Positions 63,300-64,000 of a DNA stretch of 64,000 nt are shown piece after piece. How positions within the stretch are numbered: position 1 is the stretch's first letter; each line of letters opens with the position of its first letter. The position numbers and the translations under genes were made by a program. Source of the DNA: an uncultured Myxococcales bacterium (GTDB lineage: Bacteria > Myxococcota_A > Polyangia > Fen-1088). The notes beneath the pieces were generated by a model. It saw only the letters and a program-made list of their open reading frames with translations. It ran no database searches and was not told where the DNA came from. The stretch is from positions 1,061 to 65,060 of the forward strand of contig CALAOV010000136.1 of NCBI GenBank assembly GCA_937889515.1, in the 5' to 3' direction.

Positions 63300-64000
63300 A
63301 TGACGTCTCATCTCGCGCGCAGGTGTCTTTTCACCATCGGCCTGGCCTCTCTCGTCGCGGCATGCGGCAGCGATCCGATGACGGGCGGCTCCGGGACTGG
63401 GGGCTCGGGAAACGGCGGCGTGACCGGCTTGGCGGGTCGAGCTGCGACCGGGGGCACGGGGGGCGCCGGCGGCTCGACCTCGACCGGTGGAACCGTTGGT
63501 AGCGGTGGCGTCACCTCCGCCGGAGGGGCCACCGCGACGGGCGGCTCGTCGTCGGGCGGCGGTGTGACAGGCGCGGCCGGTGTGACAGGCGCGGCCGGTG
63601 TGACAGGTTCGGCCGGCGTGACAGGCTCGGGCGGCGTCGCAGGCTCGGGCGGCGTGAAGGGTTCGGGCGGCGTCACCGGATCGGGCGGCGTGAAGGGTTC
63701 GGGCGGCGTCACCGGATCGGGCGGCGGCGTGGCTGGGACCGGCGGCACGCACGCCTCGGGTGGTACGACCGGCTCGGGTGGCGCAGCGGGCTTGGGCGGT
63801 GACACCGGATCGGGCGGCACCACAGGCGCAGGCGGAGCCGCCGGGAAGGGGGGCTCGACCGGGGCCGGCGGCTCGACGCATGTGGGAGTTTGGAATGTGA
63901 TGCCTCTCGGCGATTCGGTCACCGAGTCGACCTGCTACCCGCAGATAACCTACGAGCAACTGAAGGCGGGCAATCATTCGAATTTTCAGTTCGTGGGAAC
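63300..64000 (+). CDS. Lipoprotein with Gly-rich tandem-repeat linker and SGNH/GDSL-hydrolase domain start, 3'-truncated at the window edge
   Basis: The start is MTSHLARRCLFTIGLASLVAACGS. The linker is about 180 aa of GSGGVTG-type repeats, followed by VWNVMPLGDSVTES (a GDS(L) block). There is no stop before the window end. Confidence 0.5.
   Translation, partial: MTSHLARRCLFTIGLASLVAACGSDPMTGGSGTGGSGNGGVTGLAGRAATGGTGGAGGSTSTGGTVGSGGVTSAGGATATGGSSSGGGVTGAAGVTGAAGVTGSAGVTGSGGVAGSGGVKGSGGVTGSGGVKGSGGVTGSGGGVAGTGGTHASGGTTGSGGAAGLGGDTGSGGTTGAGGAAGKGGSTGAGGSTHVGVWNVMPLGDSVTESTCYPQITYEQLKAGNHSNFQFVG
63520..63730 (+). repeat. Perfect and near-perfect 21/36-bp tandem repeats in the Gly-rich linker
   Basis: GGCGCGGCCGGTGTGACA occurs three times in a row. 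GGTTCGGGCGGCGTCACCGGATCGGGCGGCGTGAAG is exactly duplicated. Confidence 0.75.

Overview
This window is about 70% GC and probably comes from a Myxococcota chromosome: it encodes a MYXO-CTERM-type sorting tail, an AgmX/PglI C-terminal-domain lipoprotein and many lipoproteins. Its native content looks like one plant-polysaccharide (probably fucosylated xyloglucan) utilisation region in three parts. At 2-8363 there is a side-chain debranching set: an SGNH sialate-O-acetylesterase-like esterase, a clan GH-A beta-galactosidase-like enzyme, a GH29 alpha-L-fucosidase with an F5/8 type C domain, and a GH31 enzyme with a PA14 insert. At 24239-33852 there is a CUT2 sugar ABC importer plus a complete non-phosphorylative L-fucose catabolic operon (amidohydrolase lactonase, SDR, enolase-superfamily L-fuconate dehydratase, FAH-family hydrolase, and one unassigned 390-aa protein). 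At 36650-47073 there is a plus-strand operon of two paralogous 518-aa outer-membrane beta-barrel candidates, three CBM-like lipoproteins and two tandem GH74 xyloglucanase-type BNR propellers. A patchy accessory segment (8.4-24.2 kb) separates the first two parts. It holds a decayed RelE/ParE-type TA remnant, two intact RHH-PIN (VapBC-like) modules with related GTATGC/GCATAC operator palindromes, lutABC, an orphan antitoxin-like gene, a frameshifted RibD-C/DHFR-family gene with a duplicated 5' fragment 2.3 kb away, and a roughly 4.4-kb low-GC island (19876-24240). That island carries a tightly overlapped two-gene operon of paralogous P-loop NTPases, one a 975-aa NTPase-wHTH-TPR protein, behind an AT-rich ACGT-palindrome promoter. 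This island is the best candidate for an undescribed STAND-like defence or signalling module. Further along are a 2112-aa surface protein (lipoprotein signal, C-type-lectin domain, Big repeats, about 18 copies of an unrecognised ~75-aa repeat, MYXO-CTERM tail), an AraC regulator, a usp-nhaD pair, an ECF sigma/anti-sigma pair, and a partial GDSL lipoprotein with perfect Gly-rich tandem repeats. No rRNA, tRNA, CRISPR array or transposase was recognised. The many long antisense ORFs in the six-frame track are high-GC artefacts.
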